Below are positions 51,680 through 64,000 of a stretch of 64,000 nt of DNA, piece by piece. Position 1 is the first letter of the stretch. Every line of letters begins with the position of its first letter. The stretch covers positions 7,812,001 to 7,876,000 of the forward strand of contig OX597829.1 in the NCBI GenBank assembly GCA_951406725.2, read 5' to 3'. The notes beneath the pieces are model-generated. The model searched no databases and had not been told where the DNA came from. It saw nothing but the letters and a program-made list of their open reading frames with translations. The translations under genes were made by a program, and so were the position numbers. This DNA is from Octopus vulgaris. Taxonomy: Eukaryota.

Positions 51680-52890
51680 CAGATGTGTTTGTATGATACA
51701 GCTTTTTTTGTTTCTATTCTTTTTTTTTTTATCACTTCCTGGGTCAGGAAGGGAGGCCTGCCAAGTGCCAGTTGTCTTTCCAAGTCTTGTGAACAGTGAG
51801 ATCAATGCCATTCTAGAATTGTTTTCTAGAAGTGTATTTTGATAATGACCAGATTTAGTGATTAGTGTGGGGCTTGTGAGGTAACAGGATGACAAGAGAA
51901 GGAAAGACAAGTGGGTCAAGAATATCTGAATGGAAATAGCAGCTCCAGAGTAGTAGCTATTATAGCAGTGATGAAAAAGACAGATAGAGGAGATGGTGCA
52001 TCAGATTCTGTCAGTGATTTTATGCCAATCAGTTAGGGTTAGTTAGGGTTGTTTTCTAGATGTAGCCTAAGGTATGTGTATGTAAGGGGAGGAGGGTCAA
52101 CAGCAATATTTTAGATGCAGGAGCACAACTCCTTAATGGACTTCATCTGAGGCTTGTAGAGTGTCAAAAATTGTTGAGCCCTGAAGAATTTTGGGGGTCC
52201 GTAATTGGGAAGCAGTTTTAGTTATATCAAGGACACACTTTTGCTTAGAGAGATCTTTTATGATAATGAGGCCCAAAATTTGGAGAAATGTGAGAGATCT
52301 AGTTGAGTGCTACTTATGAATAACTGATATTATCTTGCTGTGGAAAGAGACAAATTTGACATAGACCCACTGGGGGATACTTTCAAGTCTATGTTCATGG
52401 AATCAGTGCAGGTTTGGCATGTAACAAGTGAAATTAGGAGTGGATGATGCAAAACTAGAAGACGTTAGGGAACAAAGAAGAGTCTCCTGGACATACAAGT
52501 GGGCTTTGTTAGATGTAAGTCATCAATGCGTAGACGGAAGAGAGTGAAGAACAAAAGTGAACTCTGGAGATTGTCAGGGGAATAGAAATAAATCTGCAAA
52601 CATACTGTGATAGTGCCATCTAACAAAAAGCAACCGATTCAAAAGATAGGGAAGAAGCTAAGACACAATCATAATTTTTTTAAGTAAAAGATGACAACAT
52701 TGCTTTTTCCAAATTTCTCTAAAGTGGGAGCCCATTTGTGGATCGAAAGAAAGTGGTAGATGACCAGTAGACTTGGCTTTACAAAAAATGTGTAGGTGGT
52801 CATTAAAGAAGAATGTAGAAAGTGGAGGGGAGAAAGTAAGAAAGAAAGGTTTGAGGATGTTTTTGCATTGTTCCATCAGCACAGCAGAAG
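51680..52890 (-). mobile_element. Very degraded CR1/Jockey-group LINE
   Basis: Reverse-strand remnants LQSSLLFFTLFRLRIDD (like PQGSVLSPTLF..IDD) and QFLTLYKPQMKSIKELCSCI (like LYKAQIRPxMEYCSHIW). Confidence 0.55.
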
Positions 52891-52898
52891 TGTTTTAA

Positions 52899-53036
52899 CC
52901 CTTTAGTGTTCAAATTATTCTATCAAATGTTTGTTTATTAACATTGCTTTGAATTAACCATGCATTATTTCGTAGCTTTGAGATGTTGATGTGATTGTTG
53001 ATTTTTAAAATGACATTGTAAGGTAGGTGTGAAGGG
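52899..53036 (+). mobile_element. piggyBac-type MITE family 1, internally deleted
   Basis: TTAA-CCCTTTAGTGTTC ... AAGGG-TTAA. Confidence 0.85.
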
Positions 53037-55717
53037 TTAAAGGAGTGAAAGCTCACTACCAAATGAAAATTACAGGGTTTGGTGGGCACTGCTGCTTACA
53101 GACAGAAAATGGAGAATAAGAAAAGTTGCGGAGGTGGCTGGGACCATTTTAGAAATGAAACAAATTCAGACTGAAGCAGTTCCAAACAAGTTGTATGGTG
53201 CTTGAAGATGCTATAGGATGTCATGAGTTTGTAGCTAGATCTACAATGTCCAATTTAGCATTAAACAAAGGAAGCTTAACAGAATACATACCTCTGCCAT
53301 CTGCAGAGGTATGTAGAAACATACCTCTACCATCTGCAGAGGTATGTAGAAAATGTTCCATCAGCAGCATGGCAAAGGCATATCCAGAAATCAAAGAACA
53401 AATCCTCAGCAAATGGTAAAGCAAAATTATTGCTGCCTGGTTGGATGGATACAGTTGCAGTGAGACTAGTATGGTGGTTGCATGGATAATGGAACTTGTC
53501 AAAATAACCACCTGAATGCTGCTCAACAATGCTGAAAGAGTGACAATATCAGATATTCAAATAATCATCATCATCATTGCCAGTTGTCAAATGATGATGC
53601 GAGTGTCCACACTTCAAGTAGTATGTAAAATACTGAACTGATGTACATGTACTATATGATGATGGACTCTCCAATGAGAACAACAAATGAGTAACCAGAT
53701 GTTCAAACATGTGAACTACCTACCTACACACTGGATTGATGTTTAAGTAGATATGTACCCTGAATGTAATTCTTAGGCCCAATTAGCATGACACAATGTG
53801 TAACAAGGCTTTGCTTAACATGTAGTTTATCTGATGGGCTTCAACATAGTTTCCATTTACTGAATTTCACTGTCAATGTCACCCTGAAATTATGTAAGAC
53901 ACCAAAAATACTACATAGTGCGATCAAAGCTGTGACATCATAATTGCAAAGCAAACTTCTTAACCACTCAACAATACCGTCTATACAAACAATGCAATAC
54001 TGCTTTACGTATGAAAATAAGAAAACCCATCATAGAAATTTCAAAAATATCCACAAAGGAGCTAGAAATTATGAAAATTTGCTTCTTAATGAAAGAACTC
54101 TCATCAGACGAGACCTGTAGAACTAGAGTTTTTGAAGAATTTAGTAGGAAAAAACAAAGCAAGGTTCTCTTGAATAGAATCCTAGTCCAACGCATGTAAT
54201 TCTCCAGTCCCTATTAGTATCGAGTCTGACATTCCTTCTTCCTAATTACACAAAAGAAAGCATCCAAAATTGAGTGTATTACACTAATACATAATGAAAC
54301 ACCTGCAGTGGATTAGAACAGACACCTTCACAAGCTATCATTCCAATATATTACCATATCACATTGGAAGCATAGTATGGTATACCTCCACTATGTACCT
54401 AATCCTTGGATGCCTCTTACTGGAATTCACTTAATTTCAACCATTTTACCTAAAGCCCAAATTCCCTTTTTTCCTGCAGGCACTAACCTATACATGTTTA
54501 GGCATATTATTCTTGTTATCTCATATAGGCCTGTGGATATCATAGGATGTACCTCTCTATCCCAGCTAAAATGTGTTTTTTTATTTAAAAAATTCTTATC
54601 CAATCACTGAAGTTAAGGAATATAATAGCCTGGATGTTAATTCAATGAGATTGGACAACGAGTATTGCCAGCATTTGCAAGATTATACTATGTAGTTTTA
54701 TAAATACAAGTTCAAAACTCTGGGGGGTTATTTACAACATACAGAAGGGGATTTAACATTTTTCTTTTTTGTTTCTTATTTGCTTCTACCAAATTGACTA
54801 ATGCTGCTATTTCAGCCCTAACATCAAAAGCTTAATTTCTCACAGATGTTTCATGATTATTAACTTATCGGTTGATCTAGAGGAGATGGAAAACAAACCT
54901 GAGAGTTTTCAAGTAGTCAACAACACTAGATTTCTCAGTTTATCTAAGAAATGTGCTGACACACTGCATTAATACCTATTTAAACTGATTTTATCTTTTT
55001 TTGTGAAGAATTATCATGCAATCTTTCAGTGTTGTTAAACAACAGCTATTAGATAACCTGCACAATCTCCCTAAATTCTAAATTTTTTAGTCTTTGCCAG
55101 TTTCTCCTTAATTAAATTAAGGAGGATGCTTTAGTATTTATCTACCTCTTCATCATAATTGTTAGCAACAGCAGCAGCAGTAGTAGTAGTAGCTGCAGCA
55201 GCAGCAGTAAAAATAAAAAATAAAGCACTGAGACAAAAAGAAAAAAAAAAAGAAACTGGTAATAGAAAATATGAAGCTGCAAAAAACATATGGTAATTAT
55301 CAGTAGTCCATGTAATGACTAAAGAACTGGAGACAGTAAGTACGAGTGGGTGATAAAAGATTGTTGAAACCAATGCCATGAGATGGTAGCTATAAAGAAT
55401 TGAAACAAATGTTCTAACTTCTACTCTAAAGAAATCTAAATCACCTTTGATGAACCAAGCAGAAGATGGGGTTTGTATCTTAAGCAAAAAAAAAAAGAGG
55501 GGGAGGGGGGCCATCACATAATGTGGCCCTACATATTCCTAACGAGTTAGGGGGTGGTCACTGATGAAATACCATACATCATACATCGTAAGTCTGCCCA
55601 TTCAGAGATTCAGGATTCACTTAAAACTAAACAATAACAACATCAAAAACAACAACTAACTCTAGGAAATATCTAATGATGTGCAAACTGAAGGGGAGCT
55701 TCTGCTAAGTTTGAAGA

Positions 55718-55758
<41 letters not shown>

Positions 55759-56475
55759 AGGAAATGATGGAGCCCGTTATTCTGCTACCCTGCCACTTTC
55801 ATCATCATCATCATCATCACCTTAAACATATAAGGTAATTTGGTGACACAAGGTGTGAACAGCAACAAAGTTGGGAGTTGGTGCTTTCAGATTAATGGCT
55901 GTTTATACCATGTCAGGAGCAGGACAGCTTGTCTACTTCAGTCAGTTATTTTGAGGAAATCCCATACATTTGTGCTGAATTGGAATGGCATCTTATATGC
56001 ATGCTGGGACTGTATAGGAGTATCCAGTATAAAGAAAGCAGAGTGTAATGGCCTCATAAAGCTGCTCAGGAAGTAATAACCATCTGGCAGGTCCTAACTG
56101 ATTTTCCAAATGTGCTAGTAAGAATATGGACAAACTACACCAAGTCAGCTATATCATATACAGATAAAGTATTTGTTAGGTCAACAGATAAGGACGGTGT
56201 ACTATGTCCACAATTTCAGCTGATAAGCTACACATTCTACAAGTTTGTCATCTGCTCAGTCAAGCTAGATAGGGTACATTGATAGGAGGCCCAGTTACTG
56301 GAAGCTGAAGATATTCTTCTCAGTGGAGAAAACTAGGAGTTGATAGGGCAATCCTTCAATGCAAAGTTGGTTTCTCTAGAGAGAACTGTTAGTGTAAAAA
56401 CTATTTAACAAAGCAATAGAAAACAACAAATCAGAAGAGACTGGTCAGCAGATTGGCTGAAGCACATATTCTGAA

Positions 56476-56685
56476 CCCTTCAGCATTCAGATTACTCAGT
56501 TAAGTGTAATATTTACTTCTTAACACTGTTTTGAGTTAATCCATGCATTATCTCATAGCCTGAAGATATCAATGGTATGATTGTTTAGATTCAGAATGAT
56601 ATTGTTTGATAAGTGTGAGAGGCTGGATCTGGTCAATTAAGCATAAAACAGAAGGCCAGATATGGCCAGCTTAAATATTAATGAG
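56476..56685 (+). mobile_element. piggyBac-type MITE family 1 (diverged)
   Basis: CCCTTCAGCATTCAGATTAC..CATGCATTATCTC..GTGTGAGAGGCTGGATCTGG..GATATGGCC; homologous to 59717-59937. Confidence 0.75.
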
Positions 56686-57511
56686 TCAAATAGGAGAGCA
56701 TGAAAGTTGTTCAATGGGTTTGGGTGGTGGAGAAGCGATGTGGTAACAAAACTACAATCAAATCTTTGATGAACCATGAGGGACATATGCTGTACAATTC
56801 CAAGTAAATGAATGTAGCTTTTCCAGCAGTTTTTTTGGGGTTTTTTTGGCCTAGCTATTGATAGATTGGAGGTCATGGAATTTACTACCTTCTTTGACAG
56901 CCCACTATAGCTTTCAGTGAAAAAGTTAATAAGCCATGAAAAACTAATAAAAGTAGCTGAACCATGAGGGATATGGATGATTCCAAAGCATTCAATAGGA
57001 TCGATGCTACATAGCACCACTTAGTGATACCAGTTCCAGTCTAGCTTTTAGAGGCTGAATTATTTCAGTGTATAAAGAGGTTAAGTGCAGAAAACCATCT
57101 CTGAAAAGTTGTGTAGAGGTGGTGAATGAATGCACTCCTCTGTTATTTATAACAACATGACTGACATGCCATCACTCAGTTTTCATGTGGTCAGGCTGGA
57201 GCATCAATCATTTTCTTTCTTGAGGAATAGAAGCATTCTGTTTGTTGACAACAAAAGAAACAATAACAACTTCTCTCATAATGTGTAATTTTTATAGAGA
57301 CCAAATATACACAAACACACCATACATGCATGGTAAGCTTTGTTCAGTTTCCAGCTACCAGGTTCCCTCACAAGGGTTTGGTTAACCTGAGGATATAACA
57401 GAAAACACTTGCTGGAGGTCCATACAGTTGGGCTGAAGCAAACTGCTTAACTAAGCTTGTACCTATATACATATACATACATGTGTGTGTGTGTGTGTAA
57501 AACGTTAAAAC

Positions 57512-59530
57512 ATCAATCATCATTTAACATCTGTCTTCCATATTAGTACGGATTGGCTAGTTAGACAGGAACTGGCACATTTCAAGGTTATGTCAAGTTC
57601 CAATGTCTGCTTAGGCATGGTCTCTACAGGTGGATGCTCTTCTTAATGCCAACCATTTCACAGAGTGTACTGGGTGCTTTTCTCATAACACTGGCACTGG
57701 TGAGGTCACCAAGCTACACAACGAGCAAGACAAAGAAAAAGCCCCCCAACAGAATGAGGTGACTCGAGTGTTGACCAGTGAGAGGCTTAAATATATGATA
57801 AACAGACCGGCGGCAGCGGCGGCACGCATGCCTTGCATCAAGGGAGATATGTGACAACTCTGCATTAAACAAGGATGTGTGAGAGTAGCTGTGGAGAGCC
57901 GACATAGACAGAGATGAGGACATGTCACACAGTATTCTCAAAGTATAAAGAAAGAAGAAAAAGAAGAATATCAAGAAACATGGGTGGGTAAGTTCAAAAG
58001 AGCATGATAGGAGATACGGGGTGTGAGGGAGTGAATGAGGAGTAAGGGTGGAGGAGTGGTGGATTGTACGTATCAGTATAGAGGGGTGGATCAATGATAT
58101 AAGTGGTTCAGGAAAGAGGGGGTGATAAGTGACAGTACAGGAGGAAAGGTAGAGAGCCACAATATAATAAATTGTAGCTCGTTTACAAAATGGTGAGATT
58201 ATGTGTGAAGTAGGAGGGTGATGGGGGGAGGAGAGAGAAAGACAAAGATGTAGGTCACAAGTATGTAGGAGTGGCTACAGTGAGTAAGGGGTACAGATTG
58301 GTGTGGAAGCCATAGATGGCAGGGATGAGGTATGGCAGTCCCATGATGAAGCTGAGAGGATAAGGAGAAATAAGTGAAGGCACCACATAAAGGGGCAACT
58401 GGTTGGAAAAGGATGATATTGAGAAAGACAATGGATGTTAAAAGTGGTTGCAAGGAGGATATGGGGAAGTAACTGGTAATGCCAACAGGGATGAATCATG
58501 TATTAAATTCTCCTGAATAGTACCAGTAGTTAGAAAAGTGAAGGAGGAATGGATGTTAAGAAGATAAAAAGGAAGGCTTGATAGGAACCAGGTGGGTGCA
58601 GGGCCCAGCCCAGAGAGAGTATAAGATAAAAACAATATGCATTTAAGACCTAACTTTCACCATGATGGAGGGTCTTTTCAAGCACAACAAATTGCCAGCC
58701 ATCTCAGACCTTTGTTATCTTTTCATAATGTTCAACACTTTGAGATCAGTTTTCACTTCTTCTGTCTCTGTTTTCCTAGGTCTCCACTTGTACTAGTTCC
58801 ATTCACTTTATGTGACTAGCACTGTCTTCATCCATCTGCATCACATGACCATACTAGCACAGTCTTCTCTCTTGTATACAGCATTTGATTTCTCTTAGAT
58901 TCAATTTTTGTCTCAACACATTCGCACTTTGTTGTACAAGTATACTGATGTTGCAGCAGAACAAACTAACTTCATTCCTTTCTAGTCTTCACATATCCTC
59001 TGCATTCAGTGCCCATGTCTCCCTTAAATGTCTTTCAATCTAAGAAATCTTCTGTCACCAACAGCTCAATGAACATTTTACATATTATTCTTATTCTTGC
59101 AAATATATTTCCATGACATCCTCCTCTACTCTCAGTTAAGTCATCTAGGTAACAGAAACTATCTACTACCTCTAGGGAACCTCCTGGACATTCAAGAAAA
59201 ATCTTTTTTTTTGTGTGAGTTCTTAATGTTTACTGCTTAAATGCATCTGCTACATACAAGGTCTACCTTCTCCATTAACCTTCCTGTGACACTACATCCC
59301 TTGTGTGTTCATACTCTGCACTGGGTACACAGTATCAAATTTCTACTGACAACCTTTTCTATATATCAAGCAGAACAATTTTTCCTGAAGGAATTAGAGT
59401 TCTATCTAGAACTTTGGTCTTTGCTAAATTATGATCAAGACTATTTCATCCCAGGTTTTGCTTCCACCTCTGAATTCTCTTCTCTAATTCTACAACATAT
59501 TTTGCTATAAGAAAATGGTCATCTGGAAAT
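57512..59530 (-). mobile_element. Old RTE-A relative with a long purine-skewed 3' region
   Basis: Tail at 57512-57710; ORF remnants at 58660-59530 (YGHV, FCYLDD, PHD remnant at 59240-59370). Confidence 0.75.
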
Positions 59531-59619
59531 AGCAGTTGCCTATATTTTCCTCTGCAATGTAGACTCTTTTTCATTCCTCATGTTTGATAACATTGTCAAG
59601 TTATACAATGAAAGCAGGT

Positions 59620-60230
59620 CTGAATATGCTAAGACTTCTAATGGGAATATTATACATTAGCATCATAAAACAGTCAGCAGCAAGGAATATGACAGCTAGT
59701 ATAAAAAGCACTTTAACCCTTTAGTGTTCACATTATTCTACCAAAATTAATGCTTCTTTATCCACATTGTTTTGAACTAATCATGCATTATCTTGTAGCT
59801 ATGAGATTTTGATGAGGTAGCTGTTAATTTTTAAAATGATATTGTAGGGTTGGTGTGAGAGACCAGATCTGGTCTGTTTGAACATAAAACAGGCAGAATA
59901 CTTTTGGCCGGATATGGCCGGTTTAAATGCTAAAGGGTTAACTCAACATTAAATCAACTGCTAACATAGCAAAATAAGACAAAGTAATCCTGATGTTTTA
60001 ATGGCTGATTTTAATGAAAGAGTAAGAAAACCTGGAATTGAATCATCAGGATGTAACAGTAATATCATCTGACATCTTTTTCAATGTGGACAATATTATA
60101 AACACTATCTTCCAGCAGAAAGGCAAAGATAAAGCCTCAAGGAAAAATTCCAGAGCTAAACACTGGTATCTTATTGACTAGACCATGGTCAGACAAGTCA
60201 ACCTACTACTACTCACCATGTGTATTTTAA
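59620..60230 (+). mobile_element. RTE APE-endonuclease remnant, split by a piggyBac MITE
   Basis: ADFNERV and NTIFQQKGKDKASRKNSRAKHWYLID resemble the RTE endonuclease motifs GDFNARV and NTxF..W.HPRSKHWHLIDY. Confidence 0.65.
59717..59937 (+). mobile_element. piggyBac-type MITE family 1 (complete)
   Basis: TTAA TSD on both sides; CCCTTTAGTGTT / AATGCTAAAGGG TIRs. Confidence 0.9.
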
Positions 60231-60364
60231 GAGACCAGAGAAGAGTAATGGGTGAGATGAAATGGGTAGCAATTTTTTGTAGTTTGAGTTGGCACAAAGA
60301 AGTTTGTTCTGTGGTTCCTATGTCCACATAAATTGTTAATATGTCAAAGTGTAAATTAATTTTG

Positions 60365-60560
60365 ATGGCTTAGTGGAGTAGTACCTGTATTTCAAAGGGT
60401 CCAGTCTAGTCACATTCTGTGTCACACTGAATCTCCCCGAGAACTATGTTAAAAGTAAACACATCTGCAGACTGCTCAGCCACTTCTATGTTAATTCCAT
60501 GAGCAGGTTGTTCCGTTGATCAGATCAACTGGAACCCTCATCGTCATAACCGACAGATAC
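60365..60560 (+). mobile_element. SINE-like repeat, third family
   Basis: Reverse-complement similarity to 48248-48336 (TTGATC..AAC.CTCAT.GTC.TAAC). Confidence 0.55.
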
Positions 60561-61059
60561 AAAAGTACTTTTAAGATACAAAATGTACACAGAATGGAAT
60601 AAATTATTTAAGTCATCAAGCAGAAAAGAAGTCTAATGCCTGAGGTAAAACTCTTTAAAGATATAGAAGAAATATTTGGCCCATAATGTTGTGTCTTCCA
60701 ATCTATTAAACAGCAACATGAATAAATGCTACATAGCTAATTCTCTGATAGCTGAAACATTAAACTTGTCTTCTAATTAATGGCGAAATAATATATTCTA
60801 GTTTGTTAACCTCTTTGTCTTTACTATTTGTTGAAGTAAACCGTAACTACTTTGTAAGGATTCTTCCATTTCACTATAATACTAAGCATATAAATCAGTT
60901 ACAACAACAAACTAGTTTGGTTTAGGGTTGGCAGCTCATGATACATCATCAATCTATTTTTACATAAATTGTTTAAAACTTAGAGATTTCTTCTTTTTTT
61001 TTTTTCAAATATAACAAAAACCAGATAACTATAAAATTTATTCAAATACAAAGCACAGC

Positions 61060-61437
61060 AGTTGCTATGCAATTAAGAAATTTGCTTTCCAACCAGATGG
61101 TTTTGGGATCAGCCCTATTATGTAGTACCTGGGCAAGTATCTTCTACTATAGCCCCAGGCTGACCAAAGCCTTCTGAGTGGATGTGGTCGAGAGAAACTG
61201 AAAGAAGCCTGTTGTATATTTATAAAGCCATGTGTGTGTGTGTGTGTGTACATATGTGTGTAATTCATTTCCAGTATTCTGTGAAAACAGGTCTGACCAT
61301 GGGGAAATATTACACTGAAAATAAGATATAACCTACTTGTCAGCAGAAGGGGCTTCGAACCTTAGAAAATCTACACCAATAAACTCTGATCCATGCAAAC
61401 AGCACAATGATGATTATGATGATGATGATGATGATGA
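61060..61437 (+). mobile_element. Diverged tRNA-SINE with an S1-like head and an RTE-like (GAT)n tail
   Basis: CTGGGCAAGT.TCTTCTACTATAGCCCCAGG..GAAACTGAAAGAAGCCTG head; ends in (GAT)n. Confidence 0.65.
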
Positions 61438-62726
61438 ATGTGCCTTTGATTATATATGCAAACCCACTTTTTGTACCTAAAAATCATTAATATATTTCAT
61501 TTTCTTATCTTTTCTTGCCTTACACTTGAGCATAATGATACCCATCAATTTTGACCCTGATGTTTCGTTTTAAACCTCTCGTATCATACATGAATAAATA
61601 TGGTAGGTAAATTCTACTTGGCTTAAAAGTACAAAAAATAAAGCATTCAATGTGGCAAATGTGTGTGTGTGTGCGTGCACATGTTACTTTCTTATAGCAT
61701 ATATATGTGTATGTGTGCGATATGTTATCATTTAGGCCACACTGACATTCCATTAGCTAAATATTTAATGGCGTCATCAGTATCAAGAGTAAAGGTCTTC
61801 TTTTATCATGATGATCGTTACTGAACCACAGCATATTCATGCAATTGAACTCTGAGACATGGGTAAATAAAGTTGTGTGTGTGCGTGTGTGTGTGTGTGT
61901 TTGGTCAGCCCACTTGGGAGTGTGAATGGTAACATGTAACCTAGTAGAACCTTTTGAATGGTCAGAGCATAAGGACCAAAACAGTCAATCCAACCAAGCT
62001 GGTCTGTGAGGATGGTAAATTTGGACGCCTGGCAAGATGGAAAGTAAAACCTGTCAAAAGCTGAATGAGCTCAGATGAGTGAATAGCCATCCAAAATGTG
62101 TATGAGTATACCTAGTGCCATGTCTCCAATTCATTCAAGTGTGGTATAGAAGAAATGAGCTTTATTTCTACAGTTGCAAAGTTGGCCACAGCAAGCTAAT
62201 GGGGAGAAAACATTTGGAATGATATTCTTATAGCATGGACATATGTGAAGTAGACTCAACTCTGACATCTGGAGATCCTTTCAACCATTTTTGCAATAAC
62301 CTTGCTGGCCTTGGTTTTATTTTGACACAGGGCATATTTTCTGCAGAAACCAAAAAACTTTCTACTTAGCTAGCATCTGTGCCTAGTGAGTATTGCATAC
62401 TAAACATTCAATAGACTTCTGACTAATGGACAAATAGTCATGCTATGGTAGTTGGAGTATTCCATAACGCTGTGTGTGTGTATGTGTGTGCATGCAGTTT
62501 GGTCAAATTGTTCAAAAGTACACTTTGTAAGAAGACTCAGGGTTCAATCCCACAGCATGGCATCTTTGACAATTTCCTTTGTTTCAAATGCCCCCCTGGT
62601 GTGTCCTGTACTTTGTGAGTGAAAATAGGTAGATGCAAATAAAACAGAAGTTAGTTGGGTGGACTATACTTGAATTCAAAAGGAACACCAATGTTATGCA
62701 GATAGTTTGCCCAAGAATTACATTAA

Positions 62727-62856
62727 CCTTTAGCATGTTGAAGGTGAATCATGTCATCATATGAGTTTTCTCCCCTCTCAATGCAACACAATGTGCCTGC
62801 AGCTACAGGGAAGAAAACTCATACAGTAACATGGTTAGCTTTCAGCATGCTAAAGG
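62727..62856. mobile_element. Short piggyBac-type MITE (family 2, ~130 bp)
   Basis: TTAA-CCTTTAGCATGTTGAAG ... CTTTCAGCATGCTAAAGG-TTAC. Confidence 0.75.
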
Positions 62857-64000
62857 TTACTGTTACAATACATCAATGGAATGCTCAACCACTCACAGCA
62901 GGAGTATATAACCCAGTTGATCAACCAACTGAACTCTTCATTGAACAATAGAAATCCATCACTGCATGTATGTGTGTGTGTGTGTGTGTGTGCACATACA
63001 CATACATAATTACATTACAAGCTTGTGTACATTTAAATACATCTGTGCATGTATTCATAGATGCAGGCATTGCTGTGTGGTTATGGAGTTCACTTTGCAA
63101 CATTTTCGTATTTGGTTTCGTTCAGTCCCACTGTGCAGCACCTTTTATTATAACCTGAGGAGGATGATCAGTGCCTTGTGAACAAAATTAGGGATTAAAA
63201 CCTATTGTATAAGAGTGTGCATGTGAGTGTGTGTAAATGTGTGAGATTGGTCAAGTGAAACAGTGATATATTTATATCTCAGTGGGTAATAATAATATGG
63301 TGTGTAATCCAAGATAATCCAAATATCAGAATGCTTTTGAAAGTAAAGTTATTTGTGACAGAATCGCAAAAGTTGCCTCATTGTAACTCATCATACAAAA
63401 CCAAAGACAAAACCTAACAAAAGAGCCGAGGAATACCATGCGATGGAAGATTCATGGAAAAATCACATATCATTTCACACACACACACACACACACACAT
63501 AACAGTTATTCTAACATGAATAGCAAAAAAACCAAGTAAGAAGTCTCAACATTGCCACTCAGTCTACTAGAAAGAGCAGACAAAACCCTCTAAAACTCAC
63601 CACATATGGTTTGCAGAAAAAAAATAAATAAAGTATATATTTGGTTCATGTAGCCATAGACATGCTACATTTGAAAACAATAAAATAATAAAAGGAGGAA
63701 AATCATAACTGAATAATCTTTGACCAGAGCTGACCTGGGGCTAAAAAAAAAATAACAATAAAAGTAGTTGATGTCAAGTAATAATTATTGATCTCTCACA
63801 TTGGCACATAAACTCAGATTTACAAGGAAAGAGGTGTAAGTCAACAAAACAAAACCCCAGGGCATACTAGCCAGGTAGTTATTCACACTGGCAGGATTCA
63901 AACTCAGAAAGCTGAGAGACATAGTCTTCCAAAAGTCCTTTTCTTTAATTTACTAAATACCTACTACAAGGCATTCTGTCTAGCAATTTACTGACTCTCC

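Noticed and set aside
52031-52052. TTAGGG telomere-like motifs (also ~7801)
   Set aside because: Only one or two units; not an interstitial telomere array.
55800-57100. Faint LINE-like peptide remnants (LLQSVILRKSH; DSKAFNRID)
   Set aside because: Too degraded to assign a family or boundaries by eye.

Overview
AT-rich animal genomic DNA, most likely coleoid cephalopod (Octopus-like). This is inferred from the very long (TA)n/(TACA)n arrays, the RTE LINEs with (GAT)n tails and the tRNA-derived SINE families. No intact host gene can be recognised; the window looks like a large intron or intergenic block, with two or three weak candidate micro-exons on the minus strand. Nearly all recognisable sequence is transposon-derived: two or more RTE-clade LINE families, CR1/Jockey-group LINEs, Penelope-like (GIY-YIG) elements, tRNA-SINEs, piggyBac, Tc1 and hAT MITEs, and a decayed piggyBac transposase. 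Most notable: (1) at least six fold-back or inverted Penelope-type units of several unrelated sequence families, most sitting in (TA)n, each carrying a minimal hammerhead-ribozyme motif; (2) an RTE family with a C4-H-C3 PHD finger inserted inside the reverse transcriptase; (3) a second RTE family ending in three tandem C2H2-like fingers; (4) two back-to-back fusions of 5'-truncated LINEs from different families; (5) a LINE/SINE shared 3' stem-loop showing covariation. The long Tyr/Ile-rich ORFs are microsatellite artefacts. Element boundaries were read by eye and are approximate.
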